From positions 20,956,001 to 21,020,000 of the forward strand of contig NC_043001.1 of the NCBI RefSeq assembly GCF_006345805.1: DNA of 64,000 bases. Reading direction: 5' to 3'. How positions within the stretch are numbered: position 1 is the stretch's first letter; each line of letters starts with the position of its first letter. The position numbers and the translations under genes were made by a program. The notes below the pieces were generated by a model. That model searched no databases, was not told where the DNA came from, and saw nothing but the letters and a program-made list of their open reading frames with translations. This document shows positions 49,411-63,771 of the stretch, piece after piece. Source of the stretch: Octopus sinensis (Eukaryota).

Positions 49411-50689
49411 GTTTAGACAAAGTATATTTCAAAATCCTTTGCTGTTCAGGTCCAATGAGAAAGCAACAATATCAACTAATATATATTAACCATAAGTCAC
49501 TGGGTCAACTAATATAATGATGAAATATTTTCCCAAATAAATCTCTATTTGTAACAAACCAGAAACAAATTTCACAAACAATAAACCCTAAAACCAAAAG
49601 ACATTCATAGAGCCTACCATTAATCTACAGTGCAAGTACATAGTAAAAATGGTCAAAAACATCTAGTGTTGAGCTTCTGAGTGACCACTGAGTGATTTAC
49701 ATCTGAACTTGAAGGTCTGCTTTTTATAAAGATGACAAAGAGAAACTGAGAACAGGTTAACAGGGATAGTTTGTAATTAGGAACATTGATGTAAACTTAA
49801 CTAATACTGCTTCTGGCACTATTAACAAATTTGTACCCATCCCAGCAACTATTTGTGACACCAGTGATTTGTTAATCACTGTTTTCCTGTATCAGTAGAG
49901 GCTAGATTTGTCTCAGCATGCAGTTGATAGTTACTTGCTATTGATGAAGTGCAATGGTACAGAAATCTAGATTTAGCAATTCCACTCAGCTGCTGGTTGC
50001 TCTTCATCGGTTACCCATACACTTCAGCGCTTTTTAGCACTATACATCTGTATGAGATGCTTTCTCAGGACAAATACCACAGTTTTGGGGCTTTCTAAAA
50101 TACATCCACATTAAGTAAGATATACAGAATTCTATTCTTAACTAATACTGCTTTCATCACTAATAATGAACTGATTGATATATTTGTTCTAGGAGACTTT
50201 AAATGCAAAGAATATATAGTACTATACTACTAGATAGGAGTTCTTTCATTGGCTAGGGGATAATATTAATTATAAATTTAAGATCTTTCAGTTTAATTCT
50301 CTTACGGGTTTCAGTCACTGGACAGTAGCCATGCTGGGGCACTGCCTTCAAAGGTTTAGTGAATCATATCAACTCCGGTACTCATTTTAAAATCTGACTC
50401 TTAACTTTTTGTTCTGTTTGTCAATCAACAATACTACTGGGCATAAACAACATAAGCACAAACACACATATGCACATACACAGTGGTGGAGGTGATGATG
50501 ATGACAGCTTCTGTACAGTTTTCACCTAATAAATTACACACACCAGGCAATGGTCAACTGAAGGCTATACTTGCTCAAGGTGTCACACAAAGGGATTGAA
50601 CCTAAATCCACATGGTTGCAAAGCAAATTTCTTATCCATTAGCAATGTCAACATGTAATCACACTTTATAAGTAAAAGCAAACCATATA

Positions 50690-51195
50690 TATATACATAC
50701 ACACATATATATATGTATATACATATATATATATGTATATACATATATATATATGTATATACATACATACATATATATATGTATATACATACATATATAT
50801 GTATATACATACATACATATATATATGTATATACATACATACATACATATATGTATATACATACATATATGTATATACATACATATATGTATATACATAC
50901 ATATATACATATATGTATATACATACATACATATATGTATATACATACATATATGTATATACATACATACATACATATATGTATATACATACATACATAT
51001 ATATGTATATACATACATACATATATATGTATATACATACATACATATATATGTATATACATACATACATATATATGTATATACATACATACATACATAT
51101 ATATGTATATACATACATACATACATATATATGTATATACATACATACATATATGTATATACATACATACATATATATGTGTGTGTGTGTATATA
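50690..51195. repeat. (TATATACATACATACA)-type minisatellite
   Basis: Direct inspection. Confidence 0.95.
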
Positions 51196-52546
51196 TGTTT
51201 TATTATTAAATATAATGTGTAAATCTACATTACTGTTATATACCAGAAACAAGTAGGCAGTGGTGAGGTTTATTTCTGCCATGTAGAATGAGAATGAAAA
51301 GCTAAAACTTGTATGCTATCATTATCAATTCCTTCTGTTGTAACCACCCTCCTATTCCGCCTCCTCCTCATCCTTCCTCCCTGTTATATTCTTCTGATGC
51401 CATGACTCTATGAGAACAGCAGGCACCCACTTGCTGGTTATCCTTGAGAATTATTTGAAGTGTGTGCATAAAAAAAAAACTTTCTGTATAATTTCTACTT
51501 CAAAATGATTTTATAAAAACCATGAACATTAAAAGTCTTGAACAAAAGTCTGACTCCATTGATAAACAACAATAAAAAAAAAAATTGTTGTTTTCTAATC
51601 GTAGTAGAATTATGTGTACACCTACCTTCACATAAGGGTATATATATATATAAGAAAAAAAATAAAATAAAAATAAAACATAAAATAAACAATTGGTTTC
51701 TTCATTAAATAGAACAGCGAGAAAATAGCGTAAAATATCCCAGACACACCATTAGATGAAGAACCGCAAGTCTCACTCAAGTATAAACTACAACTTCCTT
51801 CATTGTAGCTAAACAATTTTTTTGAGAAATATGTTGATGCAGTATCAACAAAGGAAAAGAAATATAATAAAGTTGATTAAATTACATACTGGCATTTGTT
51901 GGACAGGCTGAATAAAAAGATTTAAATAAGAATAAATAAAAAAAAACAAACCAACAAATGTTTAAAAATAACCGAACAAAGCAATACTAAGATTCTGTTT
52001 TAATTAGGCTAAAAAATAGCGAAAAGATTTTTATTATAAAAAGAATCCATGTACAATGTAGAAACTATGTGAAGAGCCTCTCATATATACACATACCTAT
52101 ACATACATACATACATACATAGATGTGTATGTGTTGTACATGGATGTATGTGTATATGTAAGTATTGTTATGAATATGTATCTAAAAAGTGGCATCGCTC
52201 AAAAGATAATACCAGAAATGTGTGCTGGAATAAGTAGTTAGCACACTGTTCTCACAACGCCACAGCTGAGAAAGATTTCTGGCTATCAGGCAGAACATTC
52301 TGCAACAAACTTAATAACTTAGAACAAACAACACACGCAGAAAAAAAAAAAAAAAGCTTATAAAAAATAAGTAAAAAAAAAAAAAACCTTGCTTACTTCA
52401 TATGCCTCCACTCAAAGAGCACCCCCTCCCACTAACTAACAAAAAAAAAAGTTTGTTCATTCCTGCCAAAGAAGCAGACAGTTGTCAGACATTTGTGGTG
52501 AATAAAAATAAAATGCATTAACCAGAGATATGCTATCAAAAGAAAT

Positions 52547-52581
<35 letters not shown>

Positions 52582-53104
52582 GAGAGAGGGAGGGTGGGGA
52601 GAGAGAGACAGAGGCAGAGAGGAAGGGAGGTAGAGATATGGAGATGAGTTAAATAAGATCTGAAGAAGGGAAGAGGGGGGGAGAAAAACAGAATTGTTGA
52701 AAGCTAAGCCTTAATAATATCAGATATTATAACTAAATAACTGATCTAAATAACTAAATAAACCAACCCAATGAGGAGAAAGAGTCTCGATGTGGTTGTT
52801 CAATGTGCTAGATATAGTAACCAAATCCTCTACAATCATAATCTGTCTTGGAACGAAAAAAAAGATTAAGAAAGAGGATATGTGATCAGAAATATACTGT
52901 CTCGGAAATGATGAGACGGTCACAACTAGGACATCATTGAAGATATGTCAACTGAACTGGACTTAGGGTTAAACAATAACAACAACAGCTAAATAACTGA
53001 CTGATCAAACATTTTCATCTAAGTTAATTGAAGGGACAGAGCATGGGTGCACATAACACACAGACACACACACATATATACTACCTTAAAAACTGCCCTA
53101 TCGG

Positions 53105-53300
53105 GTGGCTTTTAAGCTAGCTCCCATGGAGGGCTCTTCATTAGACCTTGGGCCCAACAATGACACTTCATGCATTCAGTACATATTAAATTTTATTAAG
53201 CTTCAGCAATATTTCTCAAGCGATGCACAATTTTCATCAAAACAATGACATAATTTGTCGACTTGGAACTTATTGCAAAGTTGCATGATAAACAACAGTA
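53105..53300 (+). repeat. Unclassified dispersed repeat, copy 1
   Basis: Collinear with 63772-63963 (ttttaagctagct...ttgggcccaacaatga...gcatgataaacaaca). Confidence 0.75.
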
Positions 53301-53902
53301 CCACCATCATCGCCACCGCATCCGCCATACACACATCATTCAGACTTCTGACGCCACCACCATCAATACCTTTGACTTTGCCGTCTGCCCCTCCACCACC
53401 GTTACCACTGTCTTTCACATCACTTACTCTTATTGTCATCCCTGACTGCCTTGGCCACCACCACCACCACCATCATCATCACCACTGCCTCCGCTTCTAT
53501 CACAACTACAGCTCTCGTTCAGTATGTTAGTTCAGTATGTTGATTCAGTGTTCAGTCGTGCTTTCTCTCATATATCCACTCTTTCCCTCTCTCTTATTAT
53601 TGCTCCCACTGCCACCATCAACACTACTACTTTTAATGAAACATCAACTCTCCCCAAATTTCTTTGTCTCCCTCTCTCTGTCTCTCTTCCCCACCGCTTT
53701 CACTGTCTCTATACCGACTACTATTACTCTCAGTCCAACATGAGCAATAGTATAAGTGTCATTGAACAGTAAGAGACACACTGACACAGAAATTAGTTTT
53801 CGCATTTATTATATTACATATACATACATGCATATATATATATACTACCAATAGTTAATTCATAGTTAATTCTGGGACACTGTAAATATATATATACATC
53901 TG

Positions 53903-54093
53903 CTACAGTCTGTATTCATATAATGCATAACTATTGAATGAAGTCCCTGTATATATATATATTATATTAAATTAGAGATAAAACCACTATTAGGCAAATC
54001 AAACAGTGAAAATCATAAGCCAATACATAGAAATAATATATATATATGCTACAGTCTATATTTATATAATGCATAACTATTGAATGAAGTCCC

Positions 54094-54126
<33 letters not shown>

Positions 54127-54170
54127 CTACAGTCTATATTTATATGATGCATAACTATTGAATTAAGTCA
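53903..54170. repeat. Three ~45-bp direct repeats separated by (TA)n-containing spacers
   Basis: tacagtct(g/a)tatt(c/t)atat(a/g)atgcataactattgaat at ~53905, ~54050 and ~54127. Confidence 0.8.
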
Positions 54171-54780
54171 AAACTTATCCATGGCTCGGTGGAGTTGCTA
54201 CCATCCCTCATTGACAGCAAATGTGGGCTGAAGTACACTTACATGCAATTTTTACTCATTTGTAAATAGGGATGTATTACAATGTATTAAGATCAGCATA
54301 GTTCTTCCAACAGTAAAATAATACTAAAGATAAATTATGCCTTCAGTTCTACTTCAGAGTTAAGGTTGTTCAAAGTATTTGTTATATTACATTGCCCTTT
54401 CAACACATTTTTATTAATTTTAATAAAATAGTCACAACTGAAAGGTAAACGTAAGTATAATAAGTATTTTCTAAAAGACAATTGCATAACTCTTTCTGGA
54501 GCATAAGATAAACATAAGGCAGTGCCTCAGCATGGTCACATCCCTTGGTTGAATCAAGTAAAAGTAAAGGTTGAAGAGTAATGAATAAAGGTCTTAAAGT
54601 GGAAAAGATGATAAGTGTTTAACAAAGATGTTCTCTCCTGAGACTGCATTTTCAGTACTACCTCTTTGGACTTTATACTATCTCAAGAATCAAATTCTTC
54701 AGAAAAATTGCAATTTAGAAAAAAAAATGTATTTCATCAATATCAATAAACTTCCAATAATCTAATGGCTTTCACAATAA

Positions 54781-54814
<34 letters not shown>

Positions 54815-55361
54815 TAGAAATAAAACCCACATTTTATCAATTCAATAATGAAAAATTAAATTATACCATTTAGAAAAATTACATCTAATTTATATATATA
54901 TATATATATATATTATATTTTGTGAATTTTGATTTAGTATTTCTAAATTGAATTTTTCCCTGTAAGTTTGGAATAATATTCCCTCATATTATTATTTTAT
55001 ATATATATATATATATATATTATATATTATATATATATAGTTCACTTGAAGCACTGAAAATTTTAAAATACATATTTAAGAATCTGCTACACTGCAAATG
55101 CAGATATAAATATTATATCTAAGATATTCCATTAATGATGAAAAAAGTGGAAAACAATCAGCCATGGGAATGAAATTATATCTGTCATATCTGCTGGTCC
55201 AAATCAGGATAAACCCCAACTCCTGGTATACAAAAGGTTTATTTCAATTCCCACTATATCCTTTCTTCCATCCTTAAGGAGTTTTATACTTGATATATCA
55301 AGAACCAGCTTCATTTTGCATTGTAGCAGTTTAAATGCTTATTTTCATTTTTAAATATATA

Positions 55362-56846
55362 CAATCCTCCTCAAAATTATTCATGCCCCATGGAAACTAA
55401 CATTTTTTTTTAGATTCTTCATCTGTAAAAGCTATTATGTTGGTACTTCCTGTGTATCTTTTGTCTACTTGTTGCTATGCACAAATCCACATACGAGTTG
55501 GCTAAACTTCATTTGCATAATAACAGATACGGCCTAAAGTTCTTTTTTGCACATGTTCAGAATTATTCATACCCGTTTTCACTTCCTGTGACTATGCTAA
55601 TCTTTGTCCTATAGTTATTTCCAGAAGAGTATAAATAGAGGAAAAGTATTCTGATCATTCTCAGTTTCTGATCATCATGGTCAAGATTCTTCAGTGAGGG
55701 GCTACATCAACATCTTGAGTGAAAAGGTTACAAGGCCATTTCAAAGCAGTATGGTGTCTCTGTGGCAACTGTTCAGAGCATAATCAACAAGCACAAAAGG
55801 TTCAACACTGTTATAAAAACCTCAGTGGGCATAGCAGAAAGCATAAGGTATCGCCCAAACTTGCCAGAAAAATCTGCCGAGAGGTCAACCACAACCATGG
55901 CCCTAATTGAAACACTTGATCAGGCAGGAAGGTGTCATGGTCTACTATTAAGCGAGTCTTGCACAGAAGAGATCTCCATGGATGTAAGCCTTGGAAGATG
56001 ACGCTGCTCAGGAAGAAACATCTGGAGGTTCACATGGCCTTTGCTAGAGGTCATCTGAAGCAAGATCCCAGCTTTTGGTCAACCATCTTGTGCTCTGATG
56101 AGATGAAGTTGAAGCGATTTGGCCATATGGATGCTGAATACGTCTGGAGGAAGAAAGGAGAAGCATACAAGCTGAAGAACACTGAGTCCACCATCAAGTA
56201 TGGTAGTGGAAATATGCTATGGGGAAGCTTCCCTTCCAGTGGCATAGGGAACTTTGTGAAGGTTCAAGGAATCATGAGAAAGGAGGATTACATCAGGATC
56301 CTTTATGAAAATGTGAATGAATCTGCTGAGAAACTCCAACTTGGCCACAATTGGAAGTACAAGCAGGACAATGATCCGAAACATACTTCCAAGAACATCC
56401 TAGAATGACCAGGTCAGAGTCCTGACCTGAATCCGATCAAGAACTTGTGGTGAGACTTGAAGACCAGTGTGATGGCTAGGGAACCAACCAGCCTGGCCCA
56501 GCTCAAGGCTTTCGCCATGGAAGAGTGGGCCAACATCCCACATGAGACATGCAGGATGCTTGTGGACACACATAAGAATCATCTAGAAGAAGTCATAAAA
56601 AACAAAAGCTATGCTTTTGACTATTAAAGAAAAATATTGGACTCAGTAAACCTAGGGTATGAATAATTTTGAACATGACATTTTTTGAAAATCTATGAAT
56701 AAAATACCCCAGAAATGAAGAATTTCTTGAATTGTGTATTATTGTTATTTCTTTACCTGTTGGTCTCATAACTCATAAACAAACATGACAAAATGCATTC
56801 ATTTCATCACAAAAATTATCAAGGGTATGAATAATGAGGACAATTG
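55362..56846 (+). mobile_element. Tc1-family DNA transposon, decayed
   Basis: TA on both sides; short TIRs caatcctcctcaaaattattcatgcccc / gggtatgaataatgaggacaattg; internal transposase remnants. Confidence 0.9.
55720..56627 (+). pseudogene. Tc1 (DD34E-type) transposase pseudogene
   Basis: GYKAISKQYGVSVATVQSIINK, WSTILCSDEMK, KQDNDPKHTS, QSPDLNPIKNLW (catalytic Glu reads Lys); frameshifts and stops. Confidence 0.9.
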
Positions 56847-57430
56847 TAGTTTTACAAACAAGTGAGTATTTAATATGTTTCATCCTATAGTCTCCAAGAT
56901 CATAGAATTACTCCACCTAATATAACTTACAGCATTCTCAACAAGGCACCTCCCTACCTGTCTGAAGTACACAGCTGCAGTTTTTGTCTCGATGAGAAAT
57001 TGCACATATTGTGACAGCTAATTGCATACTTTTAACAAGAAAAGTGAACTGTAATCTTTCTATTAACAATGGAGCTTTTTGCAGGATAATTTTAAACCAT
57101 TAGCTGTTAATATTGTTCCGAAAACTTGACTGAAACTTTTTGCTCACAATGGAACATCTAACCAAAGCAAATAAGACAACTGCCACTCACTTCACTTAAC
57201 CTGCCGACTATCGAGCGGCAGCCACAAAAACACCAATTCTACTACTTAATTCAAATCATCCAATGAGAATGAGGTCCATTCATCCTCAATGACAATCAAT
57301 CTAATTTAAAACTTATAAACACTCATTATTCAGAACCAAGCATTTGAACAATCAGATGTGGTTTGCTCTCCCCACTTATTTTGTATGATGTCCATGAAAC
57401 TTCAAGTAATGCAAGTCTATTATATATATA

Positions 57431-57960
57431 AAGGGTGGCCACTGAAAAACTGAAGGGCTTGAAAAAAATCATAACTTGTATTTTCAATCTTTTTTATTAT
57501 CTTTTTTTTTTTTGCACATTATAGAGCATCCCTCGGAGATTAAAATGGTTACGTATGATGTCCAGCAACAAGTAAAACTCATTGAGTTTTTCTATTCCAG
57601 TGAAAGATAAATCATTCAAACTCAGAGAAAATACTGGCAACATTTTACAGTCAGTGTATCTCCTAGCAATAACTTGATTCAGAACCTAATCGCCTGGTTT
57701 GAGCGAACTGGATCAGTTAGCGATCTTTTAGGAAGAGGTACTAAGTGCACTGTGCACGCTGACACAGTGGTGGAAGCTGTATGGCAGAGTGTCCTCGGGG
57801 ATCCATCAGCCTCTACCCATCGTTGCTTTGCTCAACTAGGCATTGCCAGATTCTGAAACTGGATTTTAAAATATTTCGAAGCAAATAAAATAATTTAAAA
57901 AACCATGTTTGTAAAAGTTATTTTTGTTTTATATCATTCAGTCTTTCATTGGCCACACTG
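57431..57960 (+). mobile_element. Internally deleted Tc1/mariner-superfamily element with a DUF4817-like N-terminal HTH
   Basis: TIRs agggtggccactgaaaaactgaa / ttcagtctttcattggccacactg with TA flanks; frame from 57545 MVTYDVQQQVKLIEFFY...LIAWFERTGSVSD...VWQSVLGDPSASTHR (one stop). Confidence 0.7.
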
Positions 57961-57981
57961 TATGTATGTGTATATATATAT

Positions 57982-58038
<57 letters not shown>

Positions 58039-58336
58039 TTCATTACACTCCTCAATGAAAGATGAAATGTGAATGAAGTAAATTAAAATGGGAACCGAAT
58101 CAGTCAAAATAAAAAATAAACAACATTAATAGCTGTAGAAATATTATAAGTGTATAATGGTTTTGTGAAGAAAATAAGAAAATCATTTGCAAAACTGTTC
58201 AGAAACTAGTCATAGAGTTTCAGTAAAGCTGTAAACAAATCCAAATAAATTACAAAATAGATTTATGGTCTCCAATCCTAGAAGAATATCCAAAAAAAAA
58301 ATACAGGAATTAGTAGACAATAAATGTGAACATTAA

Positions 58337-58546
58337 CCCACTTGTTAACATATTTCTCTTGAAATTACTCTATTTCAATTAATTTCAAAAATGAAGAATG
58401 TATTGAAATAACCTATGTTATTAAGCTAATGTTTTGGAACATAAATTAACATGAAATTTTAATAGATGTTAATTTAGATTATTTTAAAACAGGAAGTTTC
58501 TACCACAGAATCAAGGATGGTCTAGAGTAAGTTGGTATCAAAAGGA
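58337..58546. mobile_element. Degenerate piggyBac-type MITE
   Basis: TTAA flanks, ccc... / ...aaagga ends, loose similarity to 5899-6119. Confidence 0.45.
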
Positions 58547-58888
58547 TTAAGAGGCTATCATTAATGTCTAAAACTACACAGTAGTAAAAGAAGTGATAGG
58601 CAAACTTATTGGGTAGGGTCTGCATAAAAAGTCAGACCAAGACTATGACAAAGCCATGGGACCAGCAAGACCAACGATGAGGCTAAGAGACCAATAAAAG
58701 AAGATCTCTAGAAAAAGAAAATAAGGATATAGGTTAAGAACACAGAGGAAATGCAGAAACTTTTGTTATTATTTCTAGTAGACCAAACATGTACAAGTTC
58801 CTCTATGGCATGTTGTCGACCAGAGACTTGGCTATAGGTTATTAAGACCATCTTTGCATTAATTGATCTATAGTTCAAATATCTATAC

Positions 58889-59085
58889 CAGTGGTTTTCA
58901 ACCAGGGTTCCGCGGAACTTTAGGGTTCTGCAATAAGTTACAAAACTGCGAAAATCAGCAGTAATTTTTAATTCTCCTGTGCAGATATGTGTGCATAAGA
59001 CTATTAAATTATTGCACAGGGGTTCCTCGAGCCAGTGGAATGTTTCCTTGGGGTTCCACTCCAGCAAAAAGTTTGAAAAGCACTG
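58889..59085. mobile_element. hAT (Buster/Charlie-like) MITE
   Basis: TIRs cagtggttttcaac / tttgaaaagcactg; perfect 8-bp TSD atctatac. Confidence 0.9.
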
Positions 59086-60704
59086 ATCTATACACATGGA
59101 AGCATGAACTGACATAAAATTTGGTCTGCCCAATCAGCAGCATTAAACAAAGGATAGAAGTGGTTAAAAGAAAACATTCAACATGGGATGCTGTCTAAGA
59201 CTGTCTAAGAACAAGTAACTAGAAGGCTTACCAAAATGTCAAACTGCTAATGCCAGATGTTAAGTCATATATAAACACAAGTAAGAATAAATCTGCTTTC
59301 AATTTTTAATTAATTAATGATACTTTACTTTTTTCTAAGCAGTTTATATACATAAGGAGTCTATATTTACAGTGGGTACCAATATATTCATTATAAGAAA
59401 TATAATATAGGCCTTTAGTATTTTAATTCCGTTTTATATTGAATAAATCACCATTAAACATAACAATACCATTTTTTCTGTTAGTTAAATCCATCATTTC
59501 CTGTTGATATCAAAGCTCTCTGATCACTCAAAAGTTTAATTCCTGTACTGGGACATTGTAAGTAGCAACAATGATTTTTTTTGTCAGTAAGTAAAAAATA
59601 TCTCAACTTTTGTCTTTAGAAGAGATTACAATATTTATAAAATTATTTAACAAGTAATAATTAAAAACCATATATGATGACATAAGGGCTGTACGACCAT
59701 ATTTCATGCACCCCAATTTCAGCAACACACTTTCAGGGAAAATGTTTTTAGTACATTAAAAGCTTAACTTTGCATATAAATTCCAGTGTGATTATTTTAG
59801 ACATATTTTGTGGGGGAAAAAGTGCATCTTATATGCCAAATACAGAATGTTTTTTTCCATCCTCAAATCGGTCAAAGGTTGCATAAAATAATTAATAAAC
59901 ACACTTCATAAAAAGATATAAGATGGTATTAAAAATATGCTCTTGTCAAAAGATATTTTAGACCAAATAAATAATGGTCATCCCTTGTTTTCAAAGATGA
60001 CCAATGACTCCACCTCTTATACTCTGCAACAATGGAGACAGCAACTAAGATTTGTGACTTCTCTCACCTACCTTACATATTCCATGAGATAAAATTACAG
60101 AAATTGCAGTATTTCAATAGCACAGATGTGTGGTAACCTAACTACCACAACAAAGGACCTGAGTCCTGACTTACAATGAACTTGGATTACAGCAAGGGAG
60201 TGGGGTATAGTGGACAGCCAGCCTTAGTCTCTCATACCTGACTTCCTAGATCAGTGGAGGTATGCCAAGGATGCAATGGAATGACCAAGGTGATTTACAT
60301 GTCTTGACCAGCTAGAAACAGCAACTAAATCTCCCTCAACATCCTACCATCTTTAAAAACAAAAAAGACATTCTGGTTAATATAGCCCCACGTATGCTAT
60401 GCCTGAAAAAGAAAAAAGGACAGGACAGCCATGATTAGAGCAAGCTGTGAAAGCCGAGGCTATATAACATCATCTACCTTTTTCCAAACCAAATAATTTT
60501 GTCTGTATAGAGACACCCAACCCGCTAAAATTTGCAGCCAATTATTATCCTGCCATCTTTAAAAAGAAGGGATCTTATTGTAAAATTAGACTGAGATAAA
60601 TAAACCTGAAAAGACAAGATAGTCACAATTAGATGGTTGGGCATAGATCTGCTTGAAAAAAGAGCTACATGACATCTAATTATTCTAAAAATTACATGTC
60701 GTAG

Positions 60705-60856
60705 CAATGGCTGTGTGGCTAAGAAGATCATTTGCAACCACGTGGGTTTTAGGTTCAGTCCCACTGTGCAGCCTCTTGGGTAAGTATCTACAATGGCTCC
60801 TGACCATGTGAGTGAATTTGGTAGACAGAAACTGTGTAGAAGCCTGTCGTATATAC

Positions 60857-60897
<41 letters not shown>

Positions 60898-61135
60898 AAA
60901 CATATGTATGTATTATGTATGTGTAAGTTTTTTTGTATTTGTACCTCCACCACCAACATCACCTTGTGTTTGTCCCTTCACCACCATCACCATCCTTAAC
61001 TTAGCAGTTTGGCAATAGAGACCAAGAGAATAGTACCACCAGACTTTAAAAAAAAAATAAGTACTAGGGTAGATTTGCTCAATTATATCCTTCAAGATGG
61101 TGCCCCAGCATGGCCACAGTCAAATGATTGAAGTA
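60705..61135 (+). mobile_element. SINE family A-like, diverged
   Basis: Head ggctgtgtggctaag, ggttcagtcccactg; tail ggtgccccagcatggccacagtcaaatga. Confidence 0.7.
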
Positions 61136-61959
61136 AAAAAATATATATATATAACAAAAGTAAATATTTTCCTCTCTCTACAAATACAGTAAGGTTCTCT
61201 TGGAAAATCCAAATTATAAGCATACTTCAAACCAAGATGTGGCTTTTTTTCTCTGTTATTAAGCTCTTTTCCCAGAACTTTTCGGTTCCATAATAACTCA
61301 ATATAATTCAGTACCATTTAATCACGCTCTTAAGGTTCCAGACCTAACAGAATGCAAACATCTTGCTTCCCAAAAAGTGTACATCACTTTAAAATGTCAA
61401 TTTGATTGATATCTTCTATTTCCTATGTTATTAGCCTATAGTAATATAAGTGTGTTTAGAAGTAATTTAAGTGCACTGCCGTCACCTCCACCACCCCACC
61501 AACTCTCTTTCCCCCCCATTTCTCTCTCTCCTATATTTGGAAAGAGCATCTTCAAGCTACAGCTTCAAGTCAACAGCTTCCTCATTGAAACAATACATAA
61601 AGTAGGAAATTCTATATTCCCTTCATTCAGAAAACAATTCCTTGCAAAATGAATAAAATAGGATGGGTTAACAAAACAATAGAAGACACATTCAAACAGA
61701 TTGTCAGTGTTCTTATTTTTTAAGTGAAAAAGGCAAAGAAATTATAGTAATTAAAGTCATTTCATCATTATTTCTTAGAAAAGAGTGAAGATTGCTCTCA
61801 GTAGACCAAAAAATCAAGAGCAGCAGAATTAGTTTGGGAGTTAATAACTTGATTACACCTCTAAATGGCCACATCCCAACTAAATAGCACAATTGTACTT
61901 TCACCTTTTATTAAACACATAAAGCATTTCCTTTGTGCTAGTCACCATACACAAACAAC

Positions 61960-62279
61960 ACAGTGACAGCTATACATATACATACATATATGTGTATTAT
62001 ACATACGCACACACATATACATATATATACATGTACATATGTATATATATATGTACATACATATGTGTTTTAGATATACATATATATATATAATATATAT
62101 ATATATATACACACATGTACATAAATATATATATATATACATACACACATACATATATGTGTATTATATATATACATATATATACACACATGTATATTAT
62201 ATATATACATATATATACACACATGTGTATTATATATATACATGTACATATATATATATATACATATATATACATGTAC

Positions 62280-62311
<32 letters not shown>

Positions 62312-62635
62312 GTACATAAATATATATATATATACATACACACATACATATATGTGTATTATATATATACATATATATACACACATGTATATTATATATA
62401 TACGTATATATACACACATGTGTATTATATATATACATGTACATATATATATACATATATATACATGTATATATATATATATGTACATATATATGTACAC
62501 ACACATATATATATATATAGGGAAAGTTTACACATATATATTATATATATATACATATATACATGTACATATGTATAGATAGATAGATAGATGTATATAT
62601 TATATATGTGTGTGTGTATATATATATGTATACAC
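61960..62635. repeat. Compound (TA)/(CA) minisatellite with a ~197-bp higher-order duplication
   Basis: Block cacacatgtacataaatatat... recurs at ~62110 and ~62305. Confidence 0.9.
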
Positions 62636-62775
62636 ACACCAGAAAAGATAGACACCCTCACTCCGGTTAAATCACAAGCTAATTTTCAGTGTATCCAACC
62701 AGAAACATTCCTTCATGTAACCACAGTATCACAAACACACAAGCAAAGAAGCAAAGATAGGAATTATCACACACA

Positions 62776-62818
<43 letters not shown>

Positions 62819-63040
62819 TGCACGCACAGAGGCACACATACAAACCAGATAGACACACCAGTTTCCTTTGGATGGTGAAGGATATAAACCTATATCTAAA
62901 TAACCCCTCTTCGACATTTCTCTCAAAGCCAAACCCAAACATTATGAGTGGTTGAGGTCGTGATTATCTTCAGTTAGAAATGGTAGAACTTCGCTTACTC
63001 AACATGTCCAGTTTCCTATGATGAGACAAAAACCAAAAAA

Positions 63041-63697
63041 AAAAAAAATAAAATAACAAAGCACAGAAAAGTATTTTTTGTATACTTTCTGCTATTTTTT
63101 TTAGGCGTCCTATTAGATGTAAAAAGTCACTAAGTAAGAAAGAAAAAAGAATTAGAAAGTAAAGGAAAAAGGAAAATCTTAATTGTTTCTCACAGGCGTG
63201 GCTGTGTGGTTAAGAGACTTGCTTTGCTAAACATGTGGTTTTGGGTTCAGCCCCACAACACACCACCTTGGGTAAGTGTTTTCTGTTATAGCCTCAGGCC
63301 AACCAATTCTACGTGGAGGCCCATTGCATATACATTCAATAGAATAAGTACCCAGCTTAACAAAAAAAAAATAAAATAACAAAGCACAGAAAAGTATTTT
63401 TTGTATACTTTCTGCTATTTTTTTTAGGCGTCCTATTAGATGTAAAAAGTCACTAAGTAAGAAAGAAAAAAGAATTAGAAAGTAAAGGAAAAAGGAAAAT
63501 CTTAATTGTTTCTCACAGGCGTGGCTGTGTGGTTAAGAGACTTGCTTTGCTAAACATGTGGTTTTGGGTTCAGCCCCACAACACACCACCTTGGCTAAGT
63601 GTTTTCTGTTATAGCCTCAGGCCAACCAATTCTACGTGGAGGCCCATTGCATATACATTCAATAGAATAAGTACCCAGCTTAACAAAAAAAAAATAA
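63041..63697. repeat. 323-bp near-perfect tandem duplication containing a SINE A 5' fragment
   Basis: gcacagaaaag at 63061 and 63384; copies differ at about one position. Confidence 0.9.
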
Positions 63698-63771
63698 ATA
63701 CTGGAGATGATTTATTCAATTAAGCCCTTGAAACAAGTAAAAGGTAAGGGGTAATACAGACCAGGGTGAAG

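Noticed and set aside
49900-50110. Repeat-free stretch with a ~55-codon open frame on +
   Set aside because: No recognisable domain or convincing splice sites; not kinase-like on either strand.
53903-54170. Direct repeats with variable spacers, superficially CRISPR-like
   Set aside because: Eukaryotic context, only three repeats, spacers are (TA)n or TE fragments of unequal length, no cas genes.
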